Positions 40,395 through 52,688 of a stretch of DNA of 64,000 bases are shown in pieces. The translations under genes and the position numbers were made by a program. The stretch covers positions 92,649-156,648 of IMG/VR virus record IMGVR_UViG_2595698882_000001. One strand, 5' to 3'. This DNA comes from a virus. Its lineage: Duplodnaviria > Caudoviricetes. The notes beneath the pieces are model-generated. The model did no database searches. It saw only the letters and a list, made by a program, of their open reading frames with translations, and was not told the origin of the DNA. How positions within the stretch are numbered: position 1 is the first letter of the stretch; each line of letters starts with the position of its first letter.

Positions 40395-41562
40395 ATGATT
40401 TCAGAGCCGCAAGTTCATATGTACATGAGTGAAAAGGAGTTCGATAGGCTCGTAGCAGGGGAGACTGCCTATGGGTACTCTGAGGGTTTTACCGAGTACA
40501 ACATCCATGTGAGCGTACCTGTACGTTTTGTAGAGGCAGTCACAGATGTTTCTGAGAGTGACAACCTGTATTATGAATACTATGTAAAATACAAGGAGGG
40601 CAAGTAACATGGTCGAAAAAGTAACGATTGAGATTACAGGAGAAAAAGCAGTAGTAAGACTTCTAGACGGAGACGGTAAAGAACTAAACCACTCAGTAAC
40701 AGTACCTGAAGAACGAGGACTTGTTACGAGGTATGCAAAAGAACCGTTTGATGAGATGGACGAAGAGGTCTTAGCTAACGAGGTTCTAGAAGCCCTAGGA
40801 AGTGACTTCTTTATTTATGAGGTACTATGGGCTTTAGAGGAGTTGCAATAAGTTTATGGTATACTAAAAACTCCAGATTAATAAACAGAAGCGGAGTTGA
40901 AATAATGTTTTACTTTTACATTCTACAGATGGCATTTTGGGGTGCGTGCGTGTACCTGTTCATTATAGACATTATTTTTAAGCGAGGTACAATACTTAAC
41001 TATTACGGGGATGCTGCTCTCCTGATATTAGGGTTTTATCTTATTTGGAGGTTAAACCCTGTGTTCTGGGAGCTGGTTGAGAAATTTAAAAACAAGTGGA
41101 AAAGAAAATAAAGAGGAGTGCTGCTGAATGAAGTCATTGAGAGTGAGAGCAATGCTTAAGTCTTTAGGGTTTATCAAAAAAGCAAACGGACACTACGTTA
41201 AGAATGAGGAATGTACCTTTTGTGAGGGTCTTGACTCTATGGATTGCTGGGTGTGCCACGGATCAGGAGAGTCACCTAGCTGGATTATCTTAGACCATTT
41301 TAAGGAAATCATTAGATATAATGGGTACCACACTACAGTTGCACCTTGCGAACACTGCGGAGAGGTAACTCAACTAGACTACGATTACTGGTGCTGTAAC
41401 GGTTACCTGTGTGGATGTATGGGAGAGCGTATTAGCTACGCAGTATGCAATACCTGTAAGGAACGTACTAATAAAGGGGAGACCGTATACAGGAAGCAAA
41501 AACAGCAAGCGGTATCTGCAGCTGAGTCTATAGACAGGCTAAACAAGGAGGTTAAGTCATGA
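40395..41562 (+). other. four small CDS (40395-40607, 40609-40851, about 40905-41111 membrane, 41128-41562 Cys-rich)
   Basis: TTGACT/TATACT promoter at 40313; RBS. Confidence 0.6.
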
Positions 41563-42002
41563 TACCTATTCGAGTATGGGATGCGCAAAACCACATGATG
41601 CACTACTTATCAGATGATCCTGCGGAACTTACAGTTACAGTAGCTAGTGATTCTTGGTTCTTAGAGCACGAACATTACGGGGTTATAACGGACTATAACT
41701 CAGGAGCCTTAATGCTAGGGACCGACCAGTTTGACACAGGGGACAGAGAGGCTACTGTAGGCACACGCATTTATGCTAATGACATCGTTTTGCAGGAAGA
41801 ACAGGCACCGGGGAACCCTACAGGTATCCTTAAGATTGTAGGTATTGTGAAGATGCTCGATGGGGCATGGGTTATAGATACTGGGAGTGAGGCTGTACCC
41901 TTGTTCTCAGAGACAGCTACAAATACAATTCTAGGGGATGTATTTACCACCCCTTACTTAACGGAGGCACTAGGATGCGAAAGACAACAAAATTACAGTT
42001 GA
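41559..42002 (+). CDS. YopX-family protein
   Basis: IRVWD...IYANDIV...ILGDVF. Confidence 0.7.
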   Translation: MIPIRVWDAQNHMMHYLSDDPAELTVTVASDSWFLEHEHYGVITDYNSGALMLGTDQFDTGDREATVGTRIYANDIVLQEEQAPGNPTGILKIVGIVKMLDGAWVIDTGSEAVPLFSETATNTILGDVFTTPYLTEALGCERQQNYS

Positions 42003-43794
42003 TGTACACTGGTATGCTTACAGCTGCGGCTCTTTTGTTCCATGTAATCTACTATTTTGTTACCGGAGAGGTAAAGGAGAACGCTGTAGTGCCTAATATA
42101 ATCTGCATAGTGGTGTACTATATGGCTATAGGTGCTGGGTTACATGAAGGAAGAGCTATCGGGTACAATGAGTGCGTGGAAAACTTAGAGAAATTTCAAA
42201 AAGAAATAAACCTATCAGGATGGAGCGGATACTATGGAAAAAATAAAACTGACTAGACAACTAGCGGACCTTCTTGAAGCGCAGATTGCTGAGGTATCAG
42301 TACACATTAACAGTAAGGACCCTGAAGTCATAAGTCACTTCCTTATCACCACGATGTTTAACTACGAGCAAAGACCTAAACGTTATAATAAATTCTTCAG
42401 TGGGGCATACACAGACTTGCTCTCTGATCTAGGAGACATTAAGTATATAGACGCCTTACGGGTAGGTTATGAAGTAGAGACTAACTTAGAAGAGGAGCAC
42501 ATTGAGGCTTGGGAGCTCGAAATACATCGTCTTGAGGCATTATTGCAGGAAGAGAATCACTTTTTTGACCCAGCAGATTGCCATTACAATCAAGGTAGGC
42601 TTGATGCGTCTAGAGACTCCTTAGCCTCCTTTAAGCAATACCTACAGAGAAAAGAAGCACAGGAGACCTCCGAATGAAGCTCTTGTTTAAAGATCGCTTC
42701 TGTAACATTGTGTTTGCATATGGTGGGATTGCAGCACTCCTAAACATAGTTGTGTTTAAAGGCTCTGTAGAGTATACTTTTATAGCCATCTTACTGTTTA
42801 TGATGTTCCGTGCAGGATATATTTTAGGAGAATACAGTGCGGAAGCGAGGAGAAAGAAAGATGAATAAGTCTGTTGAAGACAAGTTTAGCCACCTCCCGG
42901 ATGCGGAGAGGTACATCTTACACAAATGTCAGGAAGACTTAGATGCAGCCCGAGAAGAGTTTAAAGACCATTGGATGTCTTGGACTGCCTTAGACGGTAC
43001 TACTTATGAAGGGGTTTTCCTATGTGTAGAGTTTGGAGAGTACATCGTTCTCTGCCCTAACGGAGAGTACCGAAATGTTCAAGAGGATACTAAGGGGAAG
43101 GTTACAGACACAGACCAGCTGCTTCTTGATGAGCTAGGGGAACAAGTGAAGGAGGATAAATAAATGGCACATTATGATGACTTGTATGAGGATATCACAG
43201 AAGATGAAATCAAAGAGGAGATTTCCAATGCTGAGCGTAGAATAGATATGTACAAAGAGAGGGTATCTGAGATGGAGGCAGACCTGAATCGTTATGCCTT
43301 ACTAAACAAAACCTCTAGGGATATTCTACAAAATGCAAAGGAGCAAGATGAATTAGCCATACGGGTTGTACGAACTTCAGTAGAGAAGATGACAAAGACG
43401 CTTGAAAGGGTACTCCACGGAGAAAAAATACCCCGTATAAATTTTAAATATTATAGTTGAAGAGTATATTGGATTAGAGATTAGATAGACAGGCGGTCTT
43501 AGTCTTATATTGAGATAGAGACCGTCTGTAGCAGCAGGAGGGGGATATATGGATTATAGCAAACTAACGGACGAGGAGCTCCTTCAGATGGTCTCAGGAC
43601 TGCATGATGTGGAACTGAACGAGGAGTGGCGCCGTAGGCATGGGATTAACTTCCCTTATCGACTTGATATTTTTGGTAGGATTCTAAACTGCATGTCCTA
43701 TCAGATAATGCAAGACAGTGAGTGTGATAAGTTAATCGTCCAGCAGGCAAATGAAGTTCGTGTCCATAGGCAGTTCACAAACCTTAAATTCTAA
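41975..43794 (+). other. six small hypothetical/membrane CDS
   Basis: packed ORFs with RBS. Confidence 0.55.
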
Positions 43795-43807
43795 AGGAGT
43801 GGACGAT

Positions 43808-44044
43808 ATGGTAAGACGTACTTATGACTTCCGAGTGAAGATTAAGGAAGTATTAGAGGAACGTGGGCTAACTCAGAAAGACCTTGCAGAGATGACCGGG
43901 ATACGGGCTGCGGCTATTTCTGAGATGGCTCAAGGTACTCGCACAGTAATTAACAAAGTACATCTGTCTAAGATCATGGATGCTCTAGGGCTCACTCGCA
44001 TAGAGGACATCATAGAGCTTCATGTCGAAGAAATGTTCTACTAG
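43808..44044 (+). CDS. XRE-family HTH regulator
   Basis: IKEVLEERGLTQKDLAEMTGIRAAAISEM; AAAGGAG RBS before ATG 43808. Confidence 0.85.
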   Translation: MVRRTYDFRVKIKEVLEERGLTQKDLAEMTGIRAAAISEMAQGTRTVINKVHLSKIMDALGLTRIEDIIELHVEEMFY

Positions 44045-47000
44045 GTGTTCCACATAGGAGGAGAGAAATTGGATTATAAAGAGATGAAAGAGTACATATC
44101 CGAAGGTAACGATACTATGCTATTTGTAGATGGATTCGATGAAGCTTTACTCGGTCTAGTTAACATTGCTGGACCTAACGGCTCCTACGAGGCAGCACTG
44201 TATGATAAAGACCTCTGTATAGACATCCTAATTAGAAGGGACGGTATGACCGAAGGAGAGGCAGTCGAATACTTTGAGTACAATATTGCCAACGCTTATG
44301 TCGGGAGAGGTACTCCTGCATTTGCACGTATTGTACCTATAGAGGAGGTATAAGGATGGATTTTAAAGCTATAAAGGAAAAACTAGCGAATGCAGTATTT
44401 TGTTACAAAGTATGGCGTTATGTTAACAGAGACGAGCATAAGGATTGTAACTGTAAGAAACCATAAAGGAGCCCTCAAGGGTTCTTCTACGATATAGGTT
44501 ATCATATTGACTGGAGGGTCTTTGAGTTGGCAACAGTAAAAGACGTTATCGCAGAACTAGAAGAACAGATAAAGTATACTGAGAAAGGTGACGGATATCA
44601 AGAGCAGCTGTCCGAAGCCATTCAGGTGCTTAAGCAATATGAGGGAGAGAAGGATTAAAAAATCCTTCTTTTTTTTTTGCATAAAACTATAGACAGCGCA
44701 TAGTCTGTATGTTATACTCTGGTTACAGAGTTAAACAACACCAAGATATAGTAAATAACAAGGAGGGTTACAATGATTTTTAGAAAAAATGAACAGGACT
44801 ACAGTGGCAATGTATACCAGCACAGTGTACTAGAAAGAATTGAAGAAGCAGTGAATGACAAGCTGTCATTTGAGGAAGATTACGGCGACCAAAGGCTAAT
44901 CCTCAAGGAAGAGGCTGAGAGGCTCATTGTCGGTCTTTACAACCTTATCGAAGAGATTAACAATTAAAATTAACTATACTTAGGAGGAGTTTTAATCGTG
45001 AGCTCTGCCTTAACTAAAAAACAGATCGCCGTACTTATCGGGGCTGTAATGGAGTCTCTAAAGCTTAAATGGGCACTTAACGGCGAACAAGGTCCTGAAC
45101 CTACCGATCTGAGCAGAATACAGGATGCTCTCGATCTTATGGAGTCTGTGTACAGTGACCCTATACCATAGAACCAACTAACATTCGAAGAAATGGATGA
45201 GCTATTCAGTTTGTTACTGGATATGCACAACGCAGAAGGACGGACAGAGGAGGAGCTGGACTTAATGAACCAGCCTCCTTCTAGCCCGTACATACATTAA
45301 GAAAGGATGAAATAGAATGACACAATACAGACAATTCGAATATGACAACATGACATACCGTACAGGAGCACAAGGGTTTTCTTACTTCTTCAGAGGAGAG
45401 ACCTACTTTAACATTGTGGACGCTCTAAACATTTTAGGTAAAGAAGGCTGGGAACTTGTAATGTTAGACCGGGGAGACTATATCCTTAAACGTGAAATTG
45501 TAGGAGGAGAAGCGTAATGAATAAAAAAGAGTGTTGCCGCTGCTGCTGTGAACCAAAGCTTTCTTTTGACGGTCTGTCTTCGAAGGTTATAAACGATACT
45601 CCTGAAACAGAAGAAGAACATACTGCGGTGTTCTTTGGTACACTACAACATGTTAGCTATAGATTACAATACCGAGACAAAGACTATCTGCATAGAGCAT
45701 TACCTACTGAAGAGATTATCAAAAGCATTCAAGTAACTCAGGATATTAAAAGAGCGTCCAGCAAAGTGTACCTAATTAGAGGAGACCAAAAGATCACTGG
45801 ACCTATCAAGAGCGCAGGAGATAGAGTTTTACTAGAAGAGCTAGAATATCCGGTTACAATTCGAGAAGTAGTAACAAGAACAGACGGTACTGTGGTCTAC
45901 TATACGGATTATGTCAAGCATGTAGAAGACCCTGCACTATCTACTGAGAGGCATATAGAGGGCGTTATCAACCAGCTCAAGGAGCTAGTCCTAGGGTTAA
46001 ACCGTAGGGAACTAGAGAAAAAAGATAAGAAAATTGATAAACTCCATGACCACATACTAGAACTAGAGAAGAATCAAAAGAAGGGTTTCTGGAAGAGGGG
46101 TTAAGATGAAAGTTCAAGAAACTATTAAACGAATAGAAGGGCTAGAACATAAAATAAACACTGTTTATGGTATTATGCCTCTTTTAGACGATGAAGTAGA
46201 TGAGTCTATTAAGGACACTCTGACTAAATGGGAAAGAGAGCGGGACACACTAGTTGCACGTCTAGAAATGACAGAACTAGCTCCTCTGTCTCTTCTAAAG
46301 CCGTGCTGTGATGAGTCAAAACCCGTGGACTTCAAGTTTAATGCCAACCACGCCGTTAAAGTAAAGTTAACCAGTGAAGGTCTTGCTGAGCTTAAAAGGC
46401 AGCATGATGAGCTGTATGCATATTATGGAGATTATATTGGCGAGTTTATACTCCCTAAGACTGATGAGGAAGGATACTCCGAATTTCAACTATGGGACCT
46501 CATGTATCGCTTAGGGCGGCTGATGAAAATGGGAACTAATATACCTTTCCAGACTGATATGATTTTTCTGGGTGGCGAACCCCTAAAAGGTAAAGAAAAT
46601 GAATAAGCTATTTAGAAGAGTAGCTCGTTACGTCAAATCTGATGTAGAGCTGGGAACGACTACGGTATGGGAGAACGGTAAGCAGCGTATTGACGGTTTC
46701 TACTTTTACTCGAAAGCGCCGTTCTCCCGCAGATACCAGCTCCACGGCGCTGTTGGCTTAGATTATACCTACCCAGTTCTACAGAAGATAGACGAGGCGA
46801 TTACAATGAACAAAAGCGGATTCCTGCTTACTGTACATGACGGTCTCGCTACAGAAAGGATCAAAATACACAGGGGCAGCTTATGGAAAGCTAGGAATCT
46901 GATATACCAGATGATAGAAGAAATTCAGAAACAATACTAAGGAGGAACTGAAGATGGAGACTACTAAAAAATATGTACTTAAGAAGGACGGGCAACTAGT

Positions 47001-47785
47001 GGGTTATTTTGAAACCCCCTCAGAAGCCTATGATGAGGCACTGACACGACACATGCAGGACGGAGAGTTCTACTCTGTATCAGAAGTTTCGATGACCTCA
47101 TTCGAGTTGATGGAGGAGCAGATTAAGAGAGCTTATGATGAAGGGCTTAACTACTTTGGTGTAGCTGTTAGAATACCGGGTACCATGAACAATGAGTTGA
47201 TTATTAATCATATCGGAGAATACCCAACTAAGCTACAATACTACAAAGAAACTTATGATGCGGACTTACACCATAAAAACGTAGAAGGGTTAAGAATTAG
47301 ACATACAGCTGTAGGTAAAACTGTAGATAGTGTTGCAAATAAGTTAGCAGAGTGTTCAGCAGCAGACCAGCGTTGGGGCTTATTCAACATAGCCGGACCG
47401 ATACCAAAATGGACAATTTCTTCAGAGGGAGGTAAATAATATGCCAAACTTAAACGGATCGAATTGGGTTAGACAGGTACCGAAGTTTACTCATAGCCAA
47501 GTAGAGGCATTAAAACTGTTAAGCCTAGGGTCTATCGACTCACAGTTAGAGAACCTAGAGAATCATGGAGAATGGAGATTCGATTTTAAACCACTCAATA
47601 GTAAACCCCTTTCAGACATCCTGTACACACTAGTTACTGGGGAGTATGATTTAGACATTGACGAACATGAGCAATATCTTATGAACATGGTAGACCACTG
47701 GCATACAAGGGACACTCTTTTATATCACGAGATGAAAAAAGTTTTAGAAGAGTACCGATTATTCCAGAAGCAAGCAGAGGAATAG
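44045..47785 (+). other. cluster of about ten hypothetical CDS
   Basis: packed ORFs; TAGACA/TATACT promoter about 44690. Confidence 0.55.
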
Positions 47786-47806
47786 AGCTACGCTTAGTAG
47801 CTCCCT

Positions 47807-48523
47807 GTGCTGCTACTGAAAGGGGTGGAGAGGCTGGCAAAGACAGAACTTACAACTACACTAGAAAGAATGATCTATGCCAACACCTGCAAGATGGGGG
47901 TGTTTGGCTGCTTTGAAGTAACCATAGGTATGGGTGGTAGCGAGCGGGTAGATTATATCACTTACGACACAAAAGGGATATGGCGCTGCTATGAAATCAA
48001 GGTGTCAGTAGCCGACTTTAGGAGTACAGCTAAGAAGACCTTCTGTGGTCATTATAACTACTATGTGATGCCTAAGGAGCTTTATGATAAAGTAAAAGAT
48101 GAGGTACCTGCACATATAGGAGTTTATATTGATGGTAGATACTCCATTAAGAGAGCTAAGAAGCAAGAGTTATCCGTAGACGAGCAGGTACTTAAAGACT
48201 CTCTTATTCGATCTCTATATAGGGAAGCGGACCGGGTGTTTAAGAGTCAGAACCCTAACATTGTTGCTTCTTTGAAGAAGCAAGTAGAGCGGCTGAAGAA
48301 GGAAAAGTTTGAAAATTATTTAAACTACCGCAACTTACAACAAGAGGTCGTACAAAAGTTTGGTATACGGTGGCGTGAGTATGGGGAAGAGTTTAAGCCA
48401 CAAGACGAGAAGCTAGAAGGACGCTGTTTAAGGAAGGCTCTAATTAAGGAGACAGTTAAAGATAATTATGACGCATTGAAGGACCTTTCGGATACAGAGC
48501 CTTCAGGGGAGGAGAGCATTTAA
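47807..48523 (+). CDS. MmcB-like PD-(D/E)XK nuclease family protein
   Basis: ERVDY...CYEIKVSVADF...YNYYVMP. Confidence 0.6.
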   Translation: MLLLKGVERLAKTELTTTLERMIYANTCKMGVFGCFEVTIGMGGSERVDYITYDTKGIWRCYEIKVSVADFRSTAKKTFCGHYNYYVMPKELYDKVKDEVPAHIGVYIDGRYSIKRAKKQELSVDEQVLKDSLIRSLYREADRVFKSQNPNIVASLKKQVERLKKEKFENYLNYRNLQQEVVQKFGIRWREYGEEFKPQDEKLEGRCLRKALIKETVKDNYDALKDLSDTEPSGEESI

Positions 48524-50707
48524 TGAACAAGGAAATTCAGTTTTTAAAGGACCTACAGCAAGAGTTAAAGACACAAGACAACGACTGTCAAGCAGCCCCG
48601 AGGTTTTGGGCTCTAATGGACTATCGGTGGGTTGAGACTTCCCCTGATGAGCATGAGAGAATATCGATTGTATTCCCCGAAGAGTACGAGGACTATGTTT
48701 TAGATGAGCTAGTCAGTGATATCATTAACTATAATCCTGACTGTTCGTATTGTTACACAGTAGACCACGATGCTATTGATGACTTGCGAGAGATGGTGGA
48801 CTACTTCGTGACCGATGAGGATGAGCTGCTGAAGTGGTTTCAAACTAACATCGACAGCGAAGCGTATCTTGTCTATACAAAAGAAGAAGAGTTTATTGTC
48901 CCTAACACTATGTTCCTTACAAAGCAGGAAGCTAAGAACCATATTAAACTTAACCATTACCACTACACTAGTAAGGTACACACATACGCTATGACAGCAT
49001 GGAGAGCACCTAAAGTAGAGAAGCTGCTGAACATTTTGGAGAACTTTGACTGGGGCTCCTTAAGGGCAGCAGACTCCTTAGTAGCTCCCTGTGCAGACTC
49101 TGATGAAGCGGGGGAAAAGAGTAATGAGTGAGTTGTCAAAGTCAGCGATAATGGCTATTAAATCCCTAAGGGCGGCAGGTATACGGATCAGCAGGCTTTC
49201 TCCAGAGTCTAGACTGTTTCTGTATGGGGTAAAGCCTGCCTTAGCTATCCCCATAGATAGCGCAGCTAGTAAGATATTTGTATACAACTTCCCTAGCTTG
49301 GTAGAGCCCTTAAATAGCTCACCTCGTGCAGTAATATTTCAAGATGCTTATAAACTTCACGAATACGTACAGAAGGCTGAGGTAGTTGAAGTTAACAACA
49401 TGTTTTGGGAGGGCTCTCAATTTAAAGCTTCGTGTAAGGACGTTGGGATTGCACTAGGTTACCCGCCGTCAGCGTGTGCGTGGTTTGCCCAGTACAAAAA
49501 CCGAGCGGATAAGAATGAGGAAGGTACAAGACAGGTGTACTATCATGGGATGCAGTTTATGACTCACGAGAATCTTATAGTAGAGAACATTAACTGGTTA
49601 AGGGAGAACATGCCTGTACCTGAACATCTTCAGGATAAGGAGTACGTGAGCTTTCCTCGTAGACACATAGCTAATCGTATTAAAATGATTGGGACCTTTG
49701 ATGATATCCTTAGTAGCTCACTGGGAGGAGAAGAAAGCTAATGACAATTGAGAGTTATATCGTTAAACGAAGTACAAGGGACATGACAATGGAAGAAATC
49801 CAAGAGGAGTATAGTCTAAGCGAGGGTACGGTATACACCTTAGAGCTAGGGTATCAGTGTTACTTAAAGAGTATTCCTTTGGATCGTGCTATAAAAGTTA
49901 TTAAACGCTACTAAACCTTAGTAGCTCACTGGATTAACTATAAACGAAAGGTGGAAACGGCTATGCGAGCATTTAGAGTGACTTACAATGTTGGAGGTAG
50001 TTCAGGTAAACAAGCGGTTCTACTGGGTAACTTCCCCTATGACCATCCAGAGGGGGACTTATTATTTTTCCTAAGTAAAAAAGACCCAGAGTTTGACCCG
50101 AACTCTCCTTTTTGCAAGATTACAAGGCAAAAGGAGCTATCAATGGATCAAGTGAGAATTACAGACTTGTCAGCTAGAGAACTACGGATACTTCTTGGTG
50201 TTTAAACAGGAGAGAGGGGAGGTACAGCAATGGAACTTGATTTAAAATGGAGTTGCTCTTGTGGTAAGGAGAACATAACTACTTTGGATCATCTGAAGGG
50301 CATTAGACCCTCTCACACAGGCATTAGATGTCCTGCATGTGGGGAAAAGAAGATGGTAAGCATCAAAATAGAGGTTGAAGACTACTCCGAATGGATGTCT
50401 AAGAACCTTATACCTTAGTAGCTCACTGGATCGAACTTGATCGGGGGTGTCATAGATGGACATAAGCATAGAGAACCAGATTACTCAAAAAGTTAGGGAG
50501 TATGAACTATGGAGGGGAAAGCTTCCAGAAAGGGTAGTCATAAGTAGGGCTGTGAAAGAACTGATTGAGGTTCAGCAATCTGATCAAGGTAGGCTCACTC
50601 CCCTCCCTATGATCGGTAAGCTAACATATAACTTTATTTATCAGGATGGCACCGTGTTAGATGTGGTCGTGTTAGATCATAACGGGTTCGTTATACTTGT
50701 AGGGTAA
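48523..50707 (+). other. hypothetical CDS 48523-49131, 49124-49741, 49741-49914, 49951-50205, 50230-50418 (Zn ribbon), 50456-50707
   Basis: ORFs separated by the 15-bp repeat. Confidence 0.6.
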
Positions 50708-50765
50708 GTGACTAAATCACTAGTAGCTCCCTGTATAGGGTTCAATCGAAGGAGGAAATGTTAAT

Positions 50766-51167
50766 ATGAAAAAGAAACTTGTAACGTTGTTTGTAGGTCT
50801 TGCGGCAATTATCTCACTGGTAGGCTGCTCTTCAGAATCAGATGTTGTATCAGAAAACCTGTCAAAATCTGCTGATTCATTCGAAGTGCAGCGGAGAGTC
50901 GTATTCTTTAATGGAATCACAGACAAGTACCTGCTGACTATCGAGGGGCTTTGTGCGCTAGACACTAGTAGCTCAAAGAAATTAACTGTCACTTGTAAAA
51001 TTGGAAAAGATCAGTATAAGAAACATTATCTTGGACTAAGTGATAATGTAAGTTACTTTGTAGAGCAGACAGACGCTAAGTATGAGGATGCTTTCCACTA
51101 CAAAGTGTTGTTCCGTCCAGAGCAGATCGTCCCAGACATTGACCTACAAACAAGTAAAGGGAAGTAA
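50766..51167 (+). CDS. lipoprotein
   Basis: lipobox LVGC; RRVVFFNGITD. Confidence 0.8.
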   Translation: MKKKLVTLFVGLAAIISLVGCSSESDVVSENLSKSADSFEVQRRVVFFNGITDKYLLTIEGLCALDTSSSKKLTVTCKIGKDQYKKHYLGLSDNVSYFVEQTDAKYEDAFHYKVLFRPEQIVPDIDLQTSKGK

Positions 51168-51339
51168 AAACCTTAGTAGCTCCCTGTACAGACCTTGATT
51201 GACCTTAGTAGCTCCCTGCAACGAGGTCGATTGAGGTCTTTTTCATATTTTCAAAAGAAAAAAATATTAAAAAAAAGGTGTTGACCAATCGTCAATATCA
51301 TTATATACTAGAGTCAAGAAAGCAAGGGAGGGATTAACC

Positions 51340-51516
51340 GTGACACTAAATGAAAAGCGGGAACAAAAGAGAACAAAGAAATACAATAAACGCATAAAGC
51401 TATGTTTTCTCATTATACTGTGTGTAATTTGCTACTATGTAGGGTTCGGGCATGGGCAAGCATCCGCATATTTAAAGAAGCATGACGATGTGAACCTAGC
51501 TCCTAGATCAAAATAA
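51340..51516 (+). CDS. 58-aa membrane-anchored protein, not in ORF track
   Basis: GGGAGG RBS, GTG start, basic N-terminus and one TM. Confidence 0.55.
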   Translation: MTLNEKREQKRTKKYNKRIKLCFLIILCVICYYVGFGHGQASAYLKKHDDVNLAPRSK

Positions 51517-51640
51517 AAAGAGGTACTAACACAAGTCTAGTACCTTCCAAGCAAGGAACTGGTATTCATCCAGTACAATGAGGGCAAGAGGGCGTTACGT
51601 CATACATAAGGAATACGTCAGATGGTTGCTAACGCCCTCT
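51510..51640 (-). ncRNA. candidate antisense small RNA
   Basis: minus-strand TTGACA-17-TATTTT promoter; 11-bp stem; terminator hairpin plus T run. Confidence 0.4.
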
Positions 51641-51776
51641 AATAAAATAACAGCTACTATAGAAGTTGTCAAGTATCGAAAAATTTTTAAAAAGGGTGTT
51701 GACTTTAAATCAATACCCTGATATACTTAAGTTATAGCAAGGAAACATTACATAAAACAAAAAGGGAGAGGTTAAC

Positions 51777-52688
51777 ATGGAAAACAAGAAAATGAGTACA
51801 GAGGAAATTTATGCAGCGGTACAGAACATTTTAGGGCAGCACTCTTACGTAGAGGACAACGGAGACGGGACATACGCAGTAGAGGTGTATGCAGACCCTT
51901 ATGACAGGTTAAGAGATACTCAGTTAGAAGCTATTTCACAGGCAGATAATCCACATGAGGCATTTATTGAGTCATTAGACGAGTACGTTTTCGAGTGTGA
52001 GGGGTATGCTGGGTATGCACTTCTTGATGATATTAAGAGTGAGTGGAACAAGAGAGAGTACGGAAGTTTTGCAGATGTAGAAGATGAAGTTAGAGACTTT
52101 CTTATTGGCAACGTACATGCGGATTTTCCTTATAACCATTTCTTACAACAAAAGGTGTTGGTTAACCTTGTAGTAGACGCAGGGGATGCAAACTATGACT
52201 ACACACTAAACAGCTTTGCAAACGCCCATTACTATGACGATGATCAGTTATCACCGGAAAGCGGTCTTGTATGGTTAGTAAAACAGCAGGGACACAGTGT
52301 AGAAGAGTTGATTGACGTGATCAACAGTGAAGAAGGCAACGGAAACAAATTCATTGACTCTATTGTAGAGGAGTCGGCTAACGTTACAACCTCAATGAAC
52401 GCATTAACATTCAGTGTACAAATGAGCTTGGAGGACTTCATCAAGATTAAAGAAAACAAGGTTGATCTGACTCTAGAAAAGAGTACAACAGCAGGGCTTG
52501 TAGATTATTGGAACGGTGCAGGAAGTATGCACGACATTCAACTAGACAAAGAAGTTACCTTATCACATAACATGTACGATGCCCATATTGATGGGGCACG
52601 AGGATATGGAATTATGGAGATATACGGTGTAGGCTCTGACTTTTGGACTGACACGGTTGTCTCTATGGAGGTGAAAGGCAATGAGTAA
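51777..52688 (+). CDS. acidic early protein
   Basis: own promoter and RBS; D/E-rich. Confidence 0.75.
   Translation: MENKKMSTEEIYAAVQNILGQHSYVEDNGDGTYAVEVYADPYDRLRDTQLEAISQADNPHEAFIESLDEYVFECEGYAGYALLDDIKSEWNKREYGSFADVEDEVRDFLIGNVHADFPYNHFLQQKVLVNLVVDAGDANYDYTLNSFANAHYYDDDQLSPESGLVWLVKQQGHSVEELIDVINSEEGNGNKFIDSIVEESANVTTSMNALTFSVQMSLEDFIKIKENKVDLTLEKSTTAGLVDYWNGAGSMHDIQLDKEVTLSHNMYDAHIDGARGYGIMEIYGVGSDFWTDTVVSMEVKGNE

Larger units (their letters stand above)
47793..51218 (+). repeat. eight same-orientation copies of CTTAGTAGCTC(A/C)CTG at gene junctions
   Basis: starts 47793, 49077, 49709, 49917, 50414, 50719 (ACTAG variant), 51172, 51204. Confidence 0.9.

Noticed and set aside
47793-51218. 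CRISPR array
   Set aside because: Repeats are 15 bp, intervals are 32-1284 bp and contain genes; no cas genes in the window
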